From the NCBI GenBank assembly GCA_965242695.1, contig CBDESU010000001.1:1952001-2016000 (forward strand): DNA of 64,000 nt. The letters run 5' to 3'. Position 1 is the first letter of the stretch; the number at the start of each line of letters is the position of its first letter. Source of the DNA: Cenarchaeum sp. (GTDB lineage: Archaea; Thermoproteota; Nitrososphaeria; Nitrososphaerales; Nitrosopumilaceae). Both the position numbers and the translations under genes were made by a program. Under the pieces are notes generated by a model. It was not told the origin of the DNA, did not search any database, and was given only the letters and a program-made list of their open reading frames with translations. Shown here piece after piece: positions 10,074-18,760 of the stretch.

Positions 10074-11425
10074 TTCGACGCGGCGGCGGCCGCCGCCCCC
10101 CTCATGGCCGACGCGTATGCCTCTTCGACGGCCGCAATATCCTCGCCAGAGTGCGCCGACGAGAGCATGGCCGCCTCGAACTGCGAGGCGGCCGCGAACA
10201 CGCCGGCGTCGAGCAGCCCGCGGAACAGCGCATCGAACATCCCCCGGTCGGCGGCCCGGGCCGAGCCGGCGTCCGTCACGGGCCCTTCCGCAAAGAACAC
10301 CTGGAACATCGACGATGCGTGGTTGACCTGGTGCGGCAGGCGCAGGTCGGCCGCCGCGTCGGCGACCGCGCAGGCCAGGCGCCTCGTGCGCGCCTCGAGC
10401 GAGGGGTACAGCCTGCCCTTGGAGCGGTTCACGAGGCGCACGGCGGCCACTGCGGCGGCGACCGACACCGGGTTGCCGGCGAACGTGCTCGCCTGGTACA
10501 CGCCGCCGCCTGGCGCGAGCGAGTCGAGCACGTCGGCGCGCCCGCCGACGGCGGCGATCGGCAGGCCGCCGCCGAGCGCCTTGCCGAGCGTCGTAATGTC
10601 GGGGCGGATGCCGTACTTTTTCTGGGCTCCGCCCTCGGAGATGCGAAACCCCGTGATCGTCTCGTCGAATATGAGCAGCGCACCGTGCCGCCTTGCGGCG
10701 CGCCGCGTCGCCTGGAGGAACCCCGGCAGGGGCGGCACGACGCCCATGTTGCCCAGTACTGGCTCTACGATGATTCCCGCAAGGTCGTCGCCGCACCGCC
10801 CGGCGGCGGCATCGAGCGCGGCGGCATCGTTGTACGGGACGACGACGGTGTCGCGCGCCGCGCCCGGGGTCACCCCGGCCGACACGGCGATGCCGGCGTG
10901 CGCCGATCCGGACCCCGCCTTTACCAGGACCGAGTCGTGCGCGCCGTGGTAGCAGCCGTCGAACTTTATGATCTTGCTGCGCCCCGTGTGGCCGCGCGCA
11001 AGCCGTATGGCAGCCATGGTCGCCTCGGCGCCCGTGTTTACGAGGCGCACCCTCCTCATGGACGGGTAGTTGCCGGCGATGAGCGATGCGAGCTCCACCT
11101 CTAGCTCGGTCGGGGCGCAGTACAGGGTGCCGCGCCGCAGCTGCCTCGAGACGGCCGCGACGATCTCGGGGTGGCCGTGCCCGAACAGGAGGGCGCCGAA
11201 CCCGCAGCACATGTCAGTGTAGCGGCGGCCGTCCGCGTCCCACACGTGCGCCCCCTCTGCGCGCCTGACGAAGACGGGGTGCGGCTCGTAGTAGCGCACG
11301 GGGCTGTTGACGCCCGACGGCACGAGGCGGCGCGCGCGCTCGTACAGCGCGGCCGAGCGGGGCCTCTTTTGGAATGCCTGGCCGGCGGCCCCGCCGCGGG
11401 ATGCCCTGCCCCTGCCGCCCGCCAT
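10070..11425 (-). CDS. hemL: Glutamate-1-semialdehyde 2,1-aminomutase
   Basis: GVNSPVR, FDGCYHG, FDETITGFR, LGKALGGGLP, STFAGNP. Confidence 0.96.
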   Translation of the reverse strand: MAGGRGRASRGGAAGQAFQKRPRSAALYERARRLVPSGVNSPVRYYEPHPVFVRRAEGAHVWDADGRRYTDMCCGFGALLFGHGHPEIVAAVSRQLRRGTLYCAPTELEVELASLIAGNYPSMRRVRLVNTGAEATMAAIRLARGHTGRSKIIKFDGCYHGAHDSVLVKAGSGSAHAGIAVSAGVTPGAARDTVVVPYNDAAALDAAAGRCGDDLAGIIVEPVLGNMGVVPPLPGFLQATRRAARRHGALLIFDETITGFRISEGGAQKKYGIRPDITTLGKALGGGLPIAAVGGRADVLDSLAPGGGVYQASTFAGNPVSVAAAVAAVRLVNRSKGRLYPSLEARTRRLACAVADAAADLRLPHQVNHASSMFQVFFAEGPVTDAGSARAADRGMFDALFRGLLDAGVFAAASQFEAAMLSSAHSGEDIAAVEEAYASAMRGAAAAAASK

Positions 11426-11651
11426 GCGCCAAGCGCCCCGCCGGGGGTATTAATGGTAAACATGAGAGACTGAGGCGGCATGCGGACGCGGCTTGCATCC
11501 GCCCCCGCCGTGCACAAAAGCGGTGATCCTCCAGCCGGCCCCCATATCACGGGAGCGGCGACAGAGTCCGACCCGTACCGCAGAGCATCGCAGCTAGGCG
11601 CAACGCTTAAGGGGGGTGCGGCTGCCCACAATCCGCAGGCGGTATGAGAAA

Positions 11652-12047
11652 ATGAGCGCGCTGCAGGGACAGCTTCACACGGCACTCGAGGCATGCGGCA
11701 GCTACTTCAACATCATCGAGGCCGCCGAGACGTCCGGTGGCGCATACCACCTGTCCCCGCAGGAGCGGCGCGATCTCTTGGAAATTCTCACGCCGCTGGC
11801 CAACGCCCTCAACAATGACTACATCTTCGCGCCCTACGTGGATGCCTCTCAGATCAAGGCGCGCCTCCGCGAGCGGCACCCGGAGGACTGGGAGAGGTGC
11901 CAAAAGGCCGTAGCGGCGGCAGAGGCCAAGGTACGGTCGGGCGCCGAGCCTCTTGAGCGCGCCGACATCCCCGCCATACGGTGCGTGTTCGAAGCGCTCG
12001 ATGCACAGCGCGGGCACCTGATGGTCAGGATCGGCGGCGGGTGCTGA
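11652..12047 (+). CDS. Uncharacterised small helical protein (cassette copy 1, gene A)
   Basis: Paralog of 12553..12957 and 34974..35375; ends RIGGGC; TGATG overlap with the next gene. Confidence 0.75.
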   Translation: MSALQGQLHTALEACGSYFNIIEAAETSGGAYHLSPQERRDLLEILTPLANALNNDYIFAPYVDASQIKARLRERHPEDWERCQKAVAAAEAKVRSGAEPLERADIPAIRCVFEALDAQRGHLMVRIGGGC

Positions 12048-12431
12048 TGCCCGTTTCGGCGGGCTATGTCGACGCGGTGATAGCCGAGCAGATTGCCAAG
12101 TCGAGGGCCATGGTGCGGCTCATGCCACATCCGTTCAAGATCAGGGCCCTCGAGGAGCTTGCCGACAGGTGCAAGCTTGTCCTGAACGAAAACGTGGCGG
12201 CTCTCGAGTCCCTGCGCAACAGCCTGCGTGAGGGGGCCTTGACGCACAGAGCGGCATGCATAGGGTGAGCATGTGTGCTGCTCAACGATGTGCGGGACGC
12301 CGCGGCGGCGCGCTAGGCGTGGATTCATTACAGCCAGTGAGCATGTGTGCTGCTCAACGATGTGCGGGACGCCTTTTGGCGGCTGCGGCCGGAGGAGTAC
12401 TGGGGGGCGGAGGCGCCCAAGAAGCCACTGA
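12047..12431 (+). pseudogene. Internally deleted HExxH peptidase-like gene (cassette copy 1, gene B)
   Basis: N-terminal ~70 codons match 12957 onward. Sequence then jumps to a match with the paralog C-terminus (ctcaacgatg..ttttggcggctgcggccgg..gagtac). Stop at 12268. Confidence 0.8.
12265..12373. repeat. 37-bp direct repeat at the deletion junction
   Basis: gtgagcatgtgtgctgctcaacgatgtgcgggacgcc at ~12265 and ~12337. Confidence 0.85.
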
Positions 12432-12552
12432 CGCCGGGCGGCGTCAGGGATCGCAGATGCGCCCGCGCCGCCGGCCCCGCTGCAGGAACGCGACGCGCTG
12501 CAACGGACAACGCTTAAAGAGGGGCCAGAATGCGCTAGTCCGCGGGATTGAC

Positions 12553-12957
12553 ATGAGCGAGAAAAGCGCGCTGCAGGCAAAGTTTTATGCCGGACTTGAG
12601 GCATGCAAAAACTACCTCGACATCATCGAGGCGGCCGAGAAATCCGGGGGAGCATACCGCTTGTCACCGCAGGAGCGGAGCGATCTCTTGGACATTCTCA
12701 CGCCTGCCGCCAACGCCGTCAACGACCGCTACATCTACTCGTACCATGTAGATGCCTCGGCCATCGAGGACCGTCTCCGCGAGCAGCACCGGGACGACTG
12801 GGAGGGGTGCCGAAAGGCGGTAACGGCGGCAGAGGCCAAGGTGAGGTCTGGTGCCGAGCTGCTTGAACACGCAGACATCCCCGCCATACGACATGTGTTT
12901 GACGCGTTGCGCACACAGTGTTCGCTCCTGTCGATCAGGATCGGCGGCGGGTGCTGA
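12553..12957 (+). CDS. Uncharacterised small helical protein (cassette copy 2, gene A)
   Basis: Starts MSEKSALQ, ends RIGGGC; upstream caacgcttaa shared with copy 1. Confidence 0.8.
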   Translation: MSEKSALQAKFYAGLEACKNYLDIIEAAEKSGGAYRLSPQERSDLLDILTPAANAVNDRYIYSYHVDASAIEDRLREQHRDDWEGCRKAVTAAEAKVRSGAELLEHADIPAIRHVFDALRTQCSLLSIRIGGGC

Positions 12958-14102
12958 TGCCCGTTTCGGCGGGCTATGTCGACGCGGTGATAGCCGAGCA
13001 GATTGCCAAGTCGAGGGCCATGGTGCGGCTCATGCCGTACCCGTTCAAGATCAGGGCCCTAGAGGAGCTTGCCGACAGGTGCAAGTCCGTCTTGTTCGAC
13101 AACATCGAGGTCCTCGAGTCCCTCCATGTCGACCTGCAGAGAGGCCGTGATGCGCAAAGCGTCATGCACAGGGTCGGCATGTGCGCCGCGCATATCACGG
13201 CTATTGAGGAACATGGACTGCCCCCTCTGCAGTACCGGACTAGGGAGGCGGCGGTGATCAACGACGTCCTGCGCGGGCTGCATCACGAGATGGCCCTGCC
13301 GATTCCGTGCCCGACGGCCTGCTGCATTTCCAACCAACACTACATCTCGAATTTTCCAACCCGGACAATATACGCACCCATCGGCGAGGCCCTGTCGATC
13401 CAGCACCACGCGCACCTCTGCCACGAGCTAGGGCACTACCTTCTACGCGCCAGATCCGATCCCAGGTTAAATCCACTGAGCAGTGGGATAGAGCGGTCCT
13501 CGCAAGCGATCGAGGTGCACCACGATAATCTTATGCAAGGCGGCGATCACAAGCGCGTGCCCCCGAGCGTCGTCGACTATGTGACATGGCTGAGAAAACG
13601 GTGGCCAAACTGGTTGGAAGAGTGCTTTTGCGACCTGTTCGGGGTGCTTGGCGGGGGGCCGGCGGGTGCGTGGGCATACCTACACATGGCCGCCAAGAGA
13701 CTCCTTCCTGCGTACACACTGAACGCTTTCGGGGAGCAGAGCCACCCTCCTAATGACGCAAGAATGGAGATTATGTGCGAGGGGCTGAGGCTGATGGGAT
13801 TTAGCAGGGATGCGGGCGCCGTGTGGTCCAGATGGGGGGATGTGGCAGACACGGTAGGAGGATCGCCAGGTTCGATGTACCGGAACGCGGTTCCCAAGGG
13901 CATTCTGCTCGATGTGGCACGCATCATGCACGAGTCGCTCGGGGAGACGGGCATAGTCCTGTACGATCCCGGCTCGCAGGGGCGGGAGGACTCGATGCGC
14001 GCGCGGCTCAACGATGCGTGGGATGTCTTTTGGCGGCTGCGGCCGGGGGAGTACCAGAGTTGGGAGGCAGCCAAGATCGGAAAGATTGTCGGTCCGACAT
14101 AG
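12957..14102 (+). CDS. HExxH zinc-metallopeptidase-like protein (cassette copy 2, gene B, intact)
   Basis: HELGH, distal EECFCD and SHPP..AR, resembling the gluzincin/M48-like motif arrangement. Confidence 0.75.
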   Translation: MPVSAGYVDAVIAEQIAKSRAMVRLMPYPFKIRALEELADRCKSVLFDNIEVLESLHVDLQRGRDAQSVMHRVGMCAAHITAIEEHGLPPLQYRTREAAVINDVLRGLHHEMALPIPCPTACCISNQHYISNFPTRTIYAPIGEALSIQHHAHLCHELGHYLLRARSDPRLNPLSSGIERSSQAIEVHHDNLMQGGDHKRVPPSVVDYVTWLRKRWPNWLEECFCDLFGVLGGGPAGAWAYLHMAAKRLLPAYTLNAFGEQSHPPNDARMEIMCEGLRLMGFSRDAGAVWSRWGDVADTVGGSPGSMYRNAVPKGILLDVARIMHESLGETGIVLYDPGSQGREDSMRARLNDAWDVFWRLRPGEYQSWEAAKIGKIVGPT

Positions 14103-14174
14103 TGCGGACGCGGCGGCCGATCCGATCCGATCGGGGCGCCCGCGCCGGCCGCCTTCCGATTCAGGCTGCAGGGG

Positions 14175-15212
14175 TCAGTGCACACGGCCCAGCCGCTGCC
14201 GGGCCGCCTCGCAATACTCGGGGTTCATGTCGATCCCGACGTAGGCCCTGCCCGCCTTTTTTGCGGCCACGCATGTGGTGCCGCTGCCGGCGTACGGGTC
14301 CAGGACGACGGCCCCCTCGGGCGCGAGCGTCCTGACGAGCAGTCCGACGACGGACTCGGGGTACACCGCGGGGTGGCCGCCCCACTGCAGGCTCTCGACG
14401 CTGCTCTCGACGACGTCGCGCCTGATCGGCCTGCCGGTCAGCCGGATGATCGTAAACCCCCTGTTCTCCATCTGCGACTGGCGCCCGCCTCCCTGGCCTC
14501 CAAAGGCCGGCGCGTGCACCCCACGTATCTTCATCCTAAAGCCGGCCGTCTTTCCGTCCCTCACCTCGCTGACCACGTCGCGGAGCGCGCCGAGCGCGCC
14601 CTCCTTTTCCGACTCGGAGAGGTCGGACGATGCGATGAGGCGCTCGTAGTGCCTCCCCATCGTGGCGCCCCCCTTTGCGGTCTGCCGGCGCACGAGCTGG
14701 TCGTCGTCGTGCGCGCCCGCGTCGTAGTAGTACTTTTGCGTCTTTGCAAAGTGGAAGAACGGCTCGGTGCTGGACACGAGGCGCCTCTGGAACTGCCGCG
14801 GCGTCGGGTTGGTCTTTACCCATGTGATGTTGTTCACGAGGATGGCGCCGGTCGCCTCCATGGCCCCGATCGCGAACCGGTGGGGTATGAGCCGCAGCGA
14901 GCCTCCCACGTACTTGTCGCCCATGTTGAACACGATGCTCCCCGTGTCCTTTGCTACCCTGATGCACTCGCGAAAGACGGCCGTTACGGAGTCGATGTAC
15001 TCTTCGACGGTGCCCTCCATGCCGGTCCCGGCCCGGCCGTCCCCGCCACGGCCGTACGAGCGCTGGTGGTAGTACGGGGGAGACGTGACCACCAGGTCGA
15101 CCGAGGAGTCGGGCATCTCCCCGAGCTGCTCGGCCGCATCCCCGCATACGATGCGGTTGAGGGCACGGATCGCCGCCGCGCCCTCGCTTCCGCCCGCGCC
15201 CGAAGCCGCCAT
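14175..15212 (-). CDS. Site-specific DNA methyltransferase, beta class (probably N4-cytosine)
   Basis: VTSPPY at the N-terminus; HPAVYP and LDPYAGSGTT at the C-terminus. Confidence 0.9.
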   Translation of the reverse strand: MAASGAGGSEGAAAIRALNRIVCGDAAEQLGEMPDSSVDLVVTSPPYYHQRSYGRGGDGRAGTGMEGTVEEYIDSVTAVFRECIRVAKDTGSIVFNMGDKYVGGSLRLIPHRFAIGAMEATGAILVNNITWVKTNPTPRQFQRRLVSSTEPFFHFAKTQKYYYDAGAHDDDQLVRRQTAKGGATMGRHYERLIASSDLSESEKEGALGALRDVVSEVRDGKTAGFRMKIRGVHAPAFGGQGGGRQSQMENRGFTIIRLTGRPIRRDVVESSVESLQWGGHPAVYPESVVGLLVRTLAPEGAVVLDPYAGSGTTCVAAKKAGRAYVGIDMNPEYCEAARQRLGRVH

Positions 15213-15270
15213 GCCCGCCGGCCGCCATGCCCGCCGAATTAATGTTGCACGGCGGCGGCGGGATCCCCCG

Positions 15271-15957
15271 TCATATACGCCGCAGGACGCGCGACGAAAA
15301 GCGCGCCCTGTACAGGGCTGCGACGGCTAGCGCGCCTGCCGGCGGCGCCGATGCGTACAACCACATGTGGGCCATGTGCGACGGGTCGCCCGAGACGATC
15401 GCCGGCGCAAGCGACCGTATGGGGTTCATCGACGCGCCGGACATGCCGCCGAACAGCAGCACGTCGAGGGCGACGATGCCGCCGATGGCCGCCGCCGCGG
15501 CCCACGCGGCAAGGCCGCGCATGCTGACGACGGCGAGCACGACTCCCATGAGGAGGGCCGTGGCCGTCACCTCTACGGCAAAGTGCGCCCCCGGCCAGAG
15601 CGACGTGTCCGGCGAGTTGGCCCCTATCCCCGCATAGTCGCCCACAATGTGCAGCACGAACAGGCTGCCGAGGACGGCCCCGGCCGCCTGCGCCCCTGCG
15701 TACAGTGGGGCCATCCTGGCGCGCAGGTGCCCCGTCAGGACAAACGCCGCCGTCACGGCGGGGTTGAAGTGGGCCATAGAGTACCGCCCGAATATCCACA
15801 CCACGGCGGCAAGGCCTGCAAGGTGCATGGCGGCAATGAACGGCACGCCGAGCCAGTACCCCAGACGGCCGTCAAGTGCGATCGAACCCGTGGCGGCCGC
15901 TACGAGCCCGAACGTGCCGGCCGCCTCTGCCACCGCTATGCGCGCGGCGCCGCTCAT
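15271..15957 (-). CDS. Aquaporin / MIP family channel
   Basis: AEAAGTF, HFNPAVT, GASMNPIRS; start overlaps the arsC stop. Confidence 0.92.
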   Translation of the reverse strand: MSGAARIAVAEAAGTFGLVAAATGSIALDGRLGYWLGVPFIAAMHLAGLAAVVWIFGRYSMAHFNPAVTAAFVLTGHLRARMAPLYAGAQAAGAVLGSLFVLHIVGDYAGIGANSPDTSLWPGAHFAVEVTATALLMGVVLAVVSMRGLAAWAAAAAIGGIVALDVLLFGGMSGASMNPIRSLAPAIVSGDPSHMAHMWLYASAPPAGALAVAALYRARFSSRVLRRI

Positions 15958-16394
15958 GGGCGCACCGCGCCGCCTTGCATCTCTTCTACCAGGGATGCGA
16001 CCCTCCCGCGTATCTCGTCGCGTATGCGCCGCACGTCCTCGATCGGGAGCCCCTTTGGGTCCTCGATACCCCAGTCGTCGGCCGCCTGGGCCGCGCCGCC
16101 CGGCAGGACGGGGCACCCGCCGCCTCCCATGCACCCCATGCCGACTACGCGCGAGGCCGAGGAGGCCGCGTCCGGCGTGAGCGCCTTTGGTCTCCGCGCG
16201 GACATGTCGATGCCGACCTCGGCCATGGCGTCGGCCACGACGGGGTCGACGCGGCTGCCCGGCCTGGTTCCGGCGCTCGCCGCGCTCGCCCCGGGAGGCG
16301 CCATCGCCTCGAAGAACGCCTCGGCCATCTGGCTGCGGCCCGAGTTTTCGATGCACACGAACAGCACCCGCTCCCCCGCGCCGCCGCCCCCCAT
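15954..16394 (-). CDS. arsC: Arsenate reductase, LMW-PTPase family
   Basis: VLFVCIENSGRSQMAEAF, DWGIEDP, IRDEI. Confidence 0.88.
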   Translation of the reverse strand: MGGGGAGERVLFVCIENSGRSQMAEAFFEAMAPPGASAASAGTRPGSRVDPVVADAMAEVGIDMSARRPKALTPDAASSASRVVGMGCMGGGGCPVLPGGAAQAADDWGIEDPKGLPIEDVRRIRDEIRGRVASLVEEMQGGAVRP

Positions 16395-16457
16395 GGCGGG
16401 CCGCTCCGGGGGGCCGCTTAAAGCGTATTGAAAACGGCCTGCGGGGATGCATGCGGG

Positions 16458-17225
16458 CTATGCAGGCGGCCCCACGTCCCGATGCCCCGGCGCGGCGGGC
16501 GTCCGGCCCGCCAGCCCCGCGGCGGCAGGATCCTCGCATCCGCCGCCGTCGGCGCCCTCCGATCCCCGATCCCGCCAGGCCGGCATGTCGTGCCCAAGGA
16601 ACGCCGGGCGGTGCTTGCCGGTGACGATGTAGTTGACCGCATCGCTCATGAACACGGCGTGGTCGGCTATGCGCTCGAGGTACCGCAGGAGCAGCGCCTC
16701 GGCCAGGGCGCACCGCGTGTCGTCGAGCCCGACCAGCTTTGACAGCCGCCGGTGGTACACCATGTCGACGAACTCTTCGTAGCTCTGTATCGCCGACGCC
16801 CTCCCCACGTCGAGCGTCGCGAACGACACGGTCGCCTCCTTGATCATCGACCTTACGCTCTCGGATATCGCGTGCAGCTCGCCCGTGCGGCAGCACTCGA
16901 CGTCCCCAAAGTCGCCGCGCACCCGCGCTATGTCGTACGCGTAGCGGCCGAGCCTCCAGTACGCGTACGAGACCTCGATCGACGAGCGCATCAGCCTAAA
17001 GTCGTGCGCGACCGGCTGGTACCGGAGGATCGTCTCGAACGTCAGGTCCGCCGACTCGTCGTACCCCTCCCTGAGGCGGTCGGACAGCGCGCGCACCTGC
17101 CCGGACGTGTCGCGGCCGCCGACGTACGAGTCGATGGCAAGCGAGATGCACTGCACTGCGAGGTCTCCCATCTCGGCGACTATCGAGGACAGCCGCCTGA
17201 GCGACGGGTCTATGAGCCGCGACAC
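16458..17225 (-). CDS. phoU: Phosphate uptake regulator PhoU family
   Basis: RYQPVAHDFR, LRYLERIADHA. Confidence 0.85.
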   Translation of the reverse strand: MSRLIDPSLRRLSSIVAEMGDLAVQCISLAIDSYVGGRDTSGQVRALSDRLREGYDESADLTFETILRYQPVAHDFRLMRSSIEVSYAYWRLGRYAYDIARVRGDFGDVECCRTGELHAISESVRSMIKEATVSFATLDVGRASAIQSYEEFVDMVYHRRLSKLVGLDDTRCALAEALLLRYLERIADHAVFMSDAVNYIVTGKHRPAFLGHDMPAWRDRGSEGADGGGCEDPAAAGLAGRTPAAPGHRDVGPPA

Positions 17226-17336
17226 GGGCCTGCTCTGCGGGCGGGGCTTTTAGGTATTGCCGGGCATTGCAGCCGAGCCCCGGCGGGGCCCGGTCCGTTC
17301 CGCCCCGGCCCTCGCGGGCGGGGCGGCGGGGCGCAT

Positions 17337-17441
17337 CTACGGCGAGCCCGCCACGATGCCCCAGATCGTCACCGCTCCGATCGCCGCGCAGGCGGCGCCC
17401 ATTCCCATTGCCAGCAGCAGAAAGCGGCCGTCGCGCTCCAA
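17337..17441 (-). CDS. Putative 34-aa single-TM membrane peptide
   Basis: TTG start, (M)ERDGRFLLLAMGMGAACAAIGAVTIWGIVAGSP; AT-rich GATAAAT about 25 nt upstream. Confidence 0.5.
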   Translation of the reverse strand: MERDGRFLLLAMGMGAACAAIGAVTIWGIVAGSP

Positions 17442-18025
17442 CGCGGGCGGCGCGTGGGGAGGCGATTTATCCGCTTCGGGCGGGGCGCCTGCGCCGCACT
17501 GCCGCGCCGGGGGCACGTGGGGCGGCGGGGCGGAGGGCGGCGGGGCGCAGCGCTCCGGTGACGCGGCCCGTACTGCATCCTTCCCCCTCCGCCGCCGCCG
17601 GGGCGGGGGGCGACGCTCCGCCAAGGCGCCAAGGCTCCGGCGCGCATGCCGCATCAGGATCATCCCGCCCTCGGCGGGCATGCCTTCAAGCAGTGCCAAG
17701 GCCGCCAAAAGAAAGGGGCAGGGATCAAGGCGCTCCAAAGGCAGTCCGGCAAGATCAAGGCAGGCATCAAGCGCGCCAAGAAAAAGGCCAAGGCGGTGGA
17801 GCGATCGTCCGGTCCAAAAAGGCGGACATGAAGGGGATGAAGGCGGCCAGGAAGTGGGGCAAGAGTCCAAGTCTGGGCGAATGCCGCCCAAGTTGCGCCA
17901 AGGGGCGGCAGGCGCAGGCGTCCGCATAGCTGGCGGCCGGGGGAGGACGCGCGTCCGCAGGTGCAGGCGTCCGCCGCGCCTGCCAGACACCCACGCGCCG
18001 CAGGGTCGGGGCGGGCGCGGCAGGG

Positions 18026-18760
18026 CTACCCGTACCGCCGCAGGTACGAGTCGATCCGGCGCTGGAGCAGGCGGTGGGTGCGCCCGACGTCGCCGTTGCC
18101 GTCGACCGGCACCAGCCCGTACGTCTTCTGCATCGCCTCAAACTCGCGGGCCAGCCTGCCTTGGTACATTATGAACGACTTGAACATGTCGTCGGACAGG
18201 CCCAGGTCGGCGCCCGACTCGTAGTAGTCGAGCTGCATGTGCTTCTCGAAGACGCGGTGGACAAGGCGCTGCGGGTCGACGTCGATGTAGAAGACCAGGT
18301 CGGGCACGGCCGCAAAGCTGTACAGGTCGTGCGACCACCGGCGGCTTATGCCGCGCACCGCGTTTCGCGCCATCAGCGTGTAGATGTACCGGTCGGCCAG
18401 GACGACAAACCCCGCCCGCAGGGCCGGGATGATCTTGTGCTCTAGCTGGTCGGCAAAGTCCGCCGCGTAGTACATGGCAAGGGTGCGCTTGCCGAGCGAG
18501 ACGTTGCGCTTGGCCTCTAGTATGCCGCGCCCGATCAGGTCGGACCGCTTGATGCCCGCGTTCAGCACTGCGTACCCGTCGGCCTCTAGCTTTGATGTGA
18601 TCATCGACACCTGCGTGCTGCGCCCCGACGCGTCCGGCCCCTCCACGACGATCAGCCTCCCCTTGACCTCGACGTCGTGCAGGTAGGGTATGCCGTCGTG
18701 CGCGCCTCCGCCGCCGTACCAGCGGATGCGGCGCCCCTGCGCGCCGCCGCCGCTAGACAT
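18026..18760 (-). CDS. tmk: Thymidylate kinase family protein
   Basis: IVVEGPDASGRST P-loop variant, LADRYIYT. Confidence 0.88.
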   Translation of the reverse strand: MSSGGGAQGRRIRWYGGGGAHDGIPYLHDVEVKGRLIVVEGPDASGRSTQVSMITSKLEADGYAVLNAGIKRSDLIGRGILEAKRNVSLGKRTLAMYYAADFADQLEHKIIPALRAGFVVLADRYIYTLMARNAVRGISRRWSHDLYSFAAVPDLVFYIDVDPQRLVHRVFEKHMQLDYYESGADLGLSDDMFKSFIMYQGRLAREFEAMQKTYGLVPVDGNGDVGRTHRLLQRRIDSYLRRYG

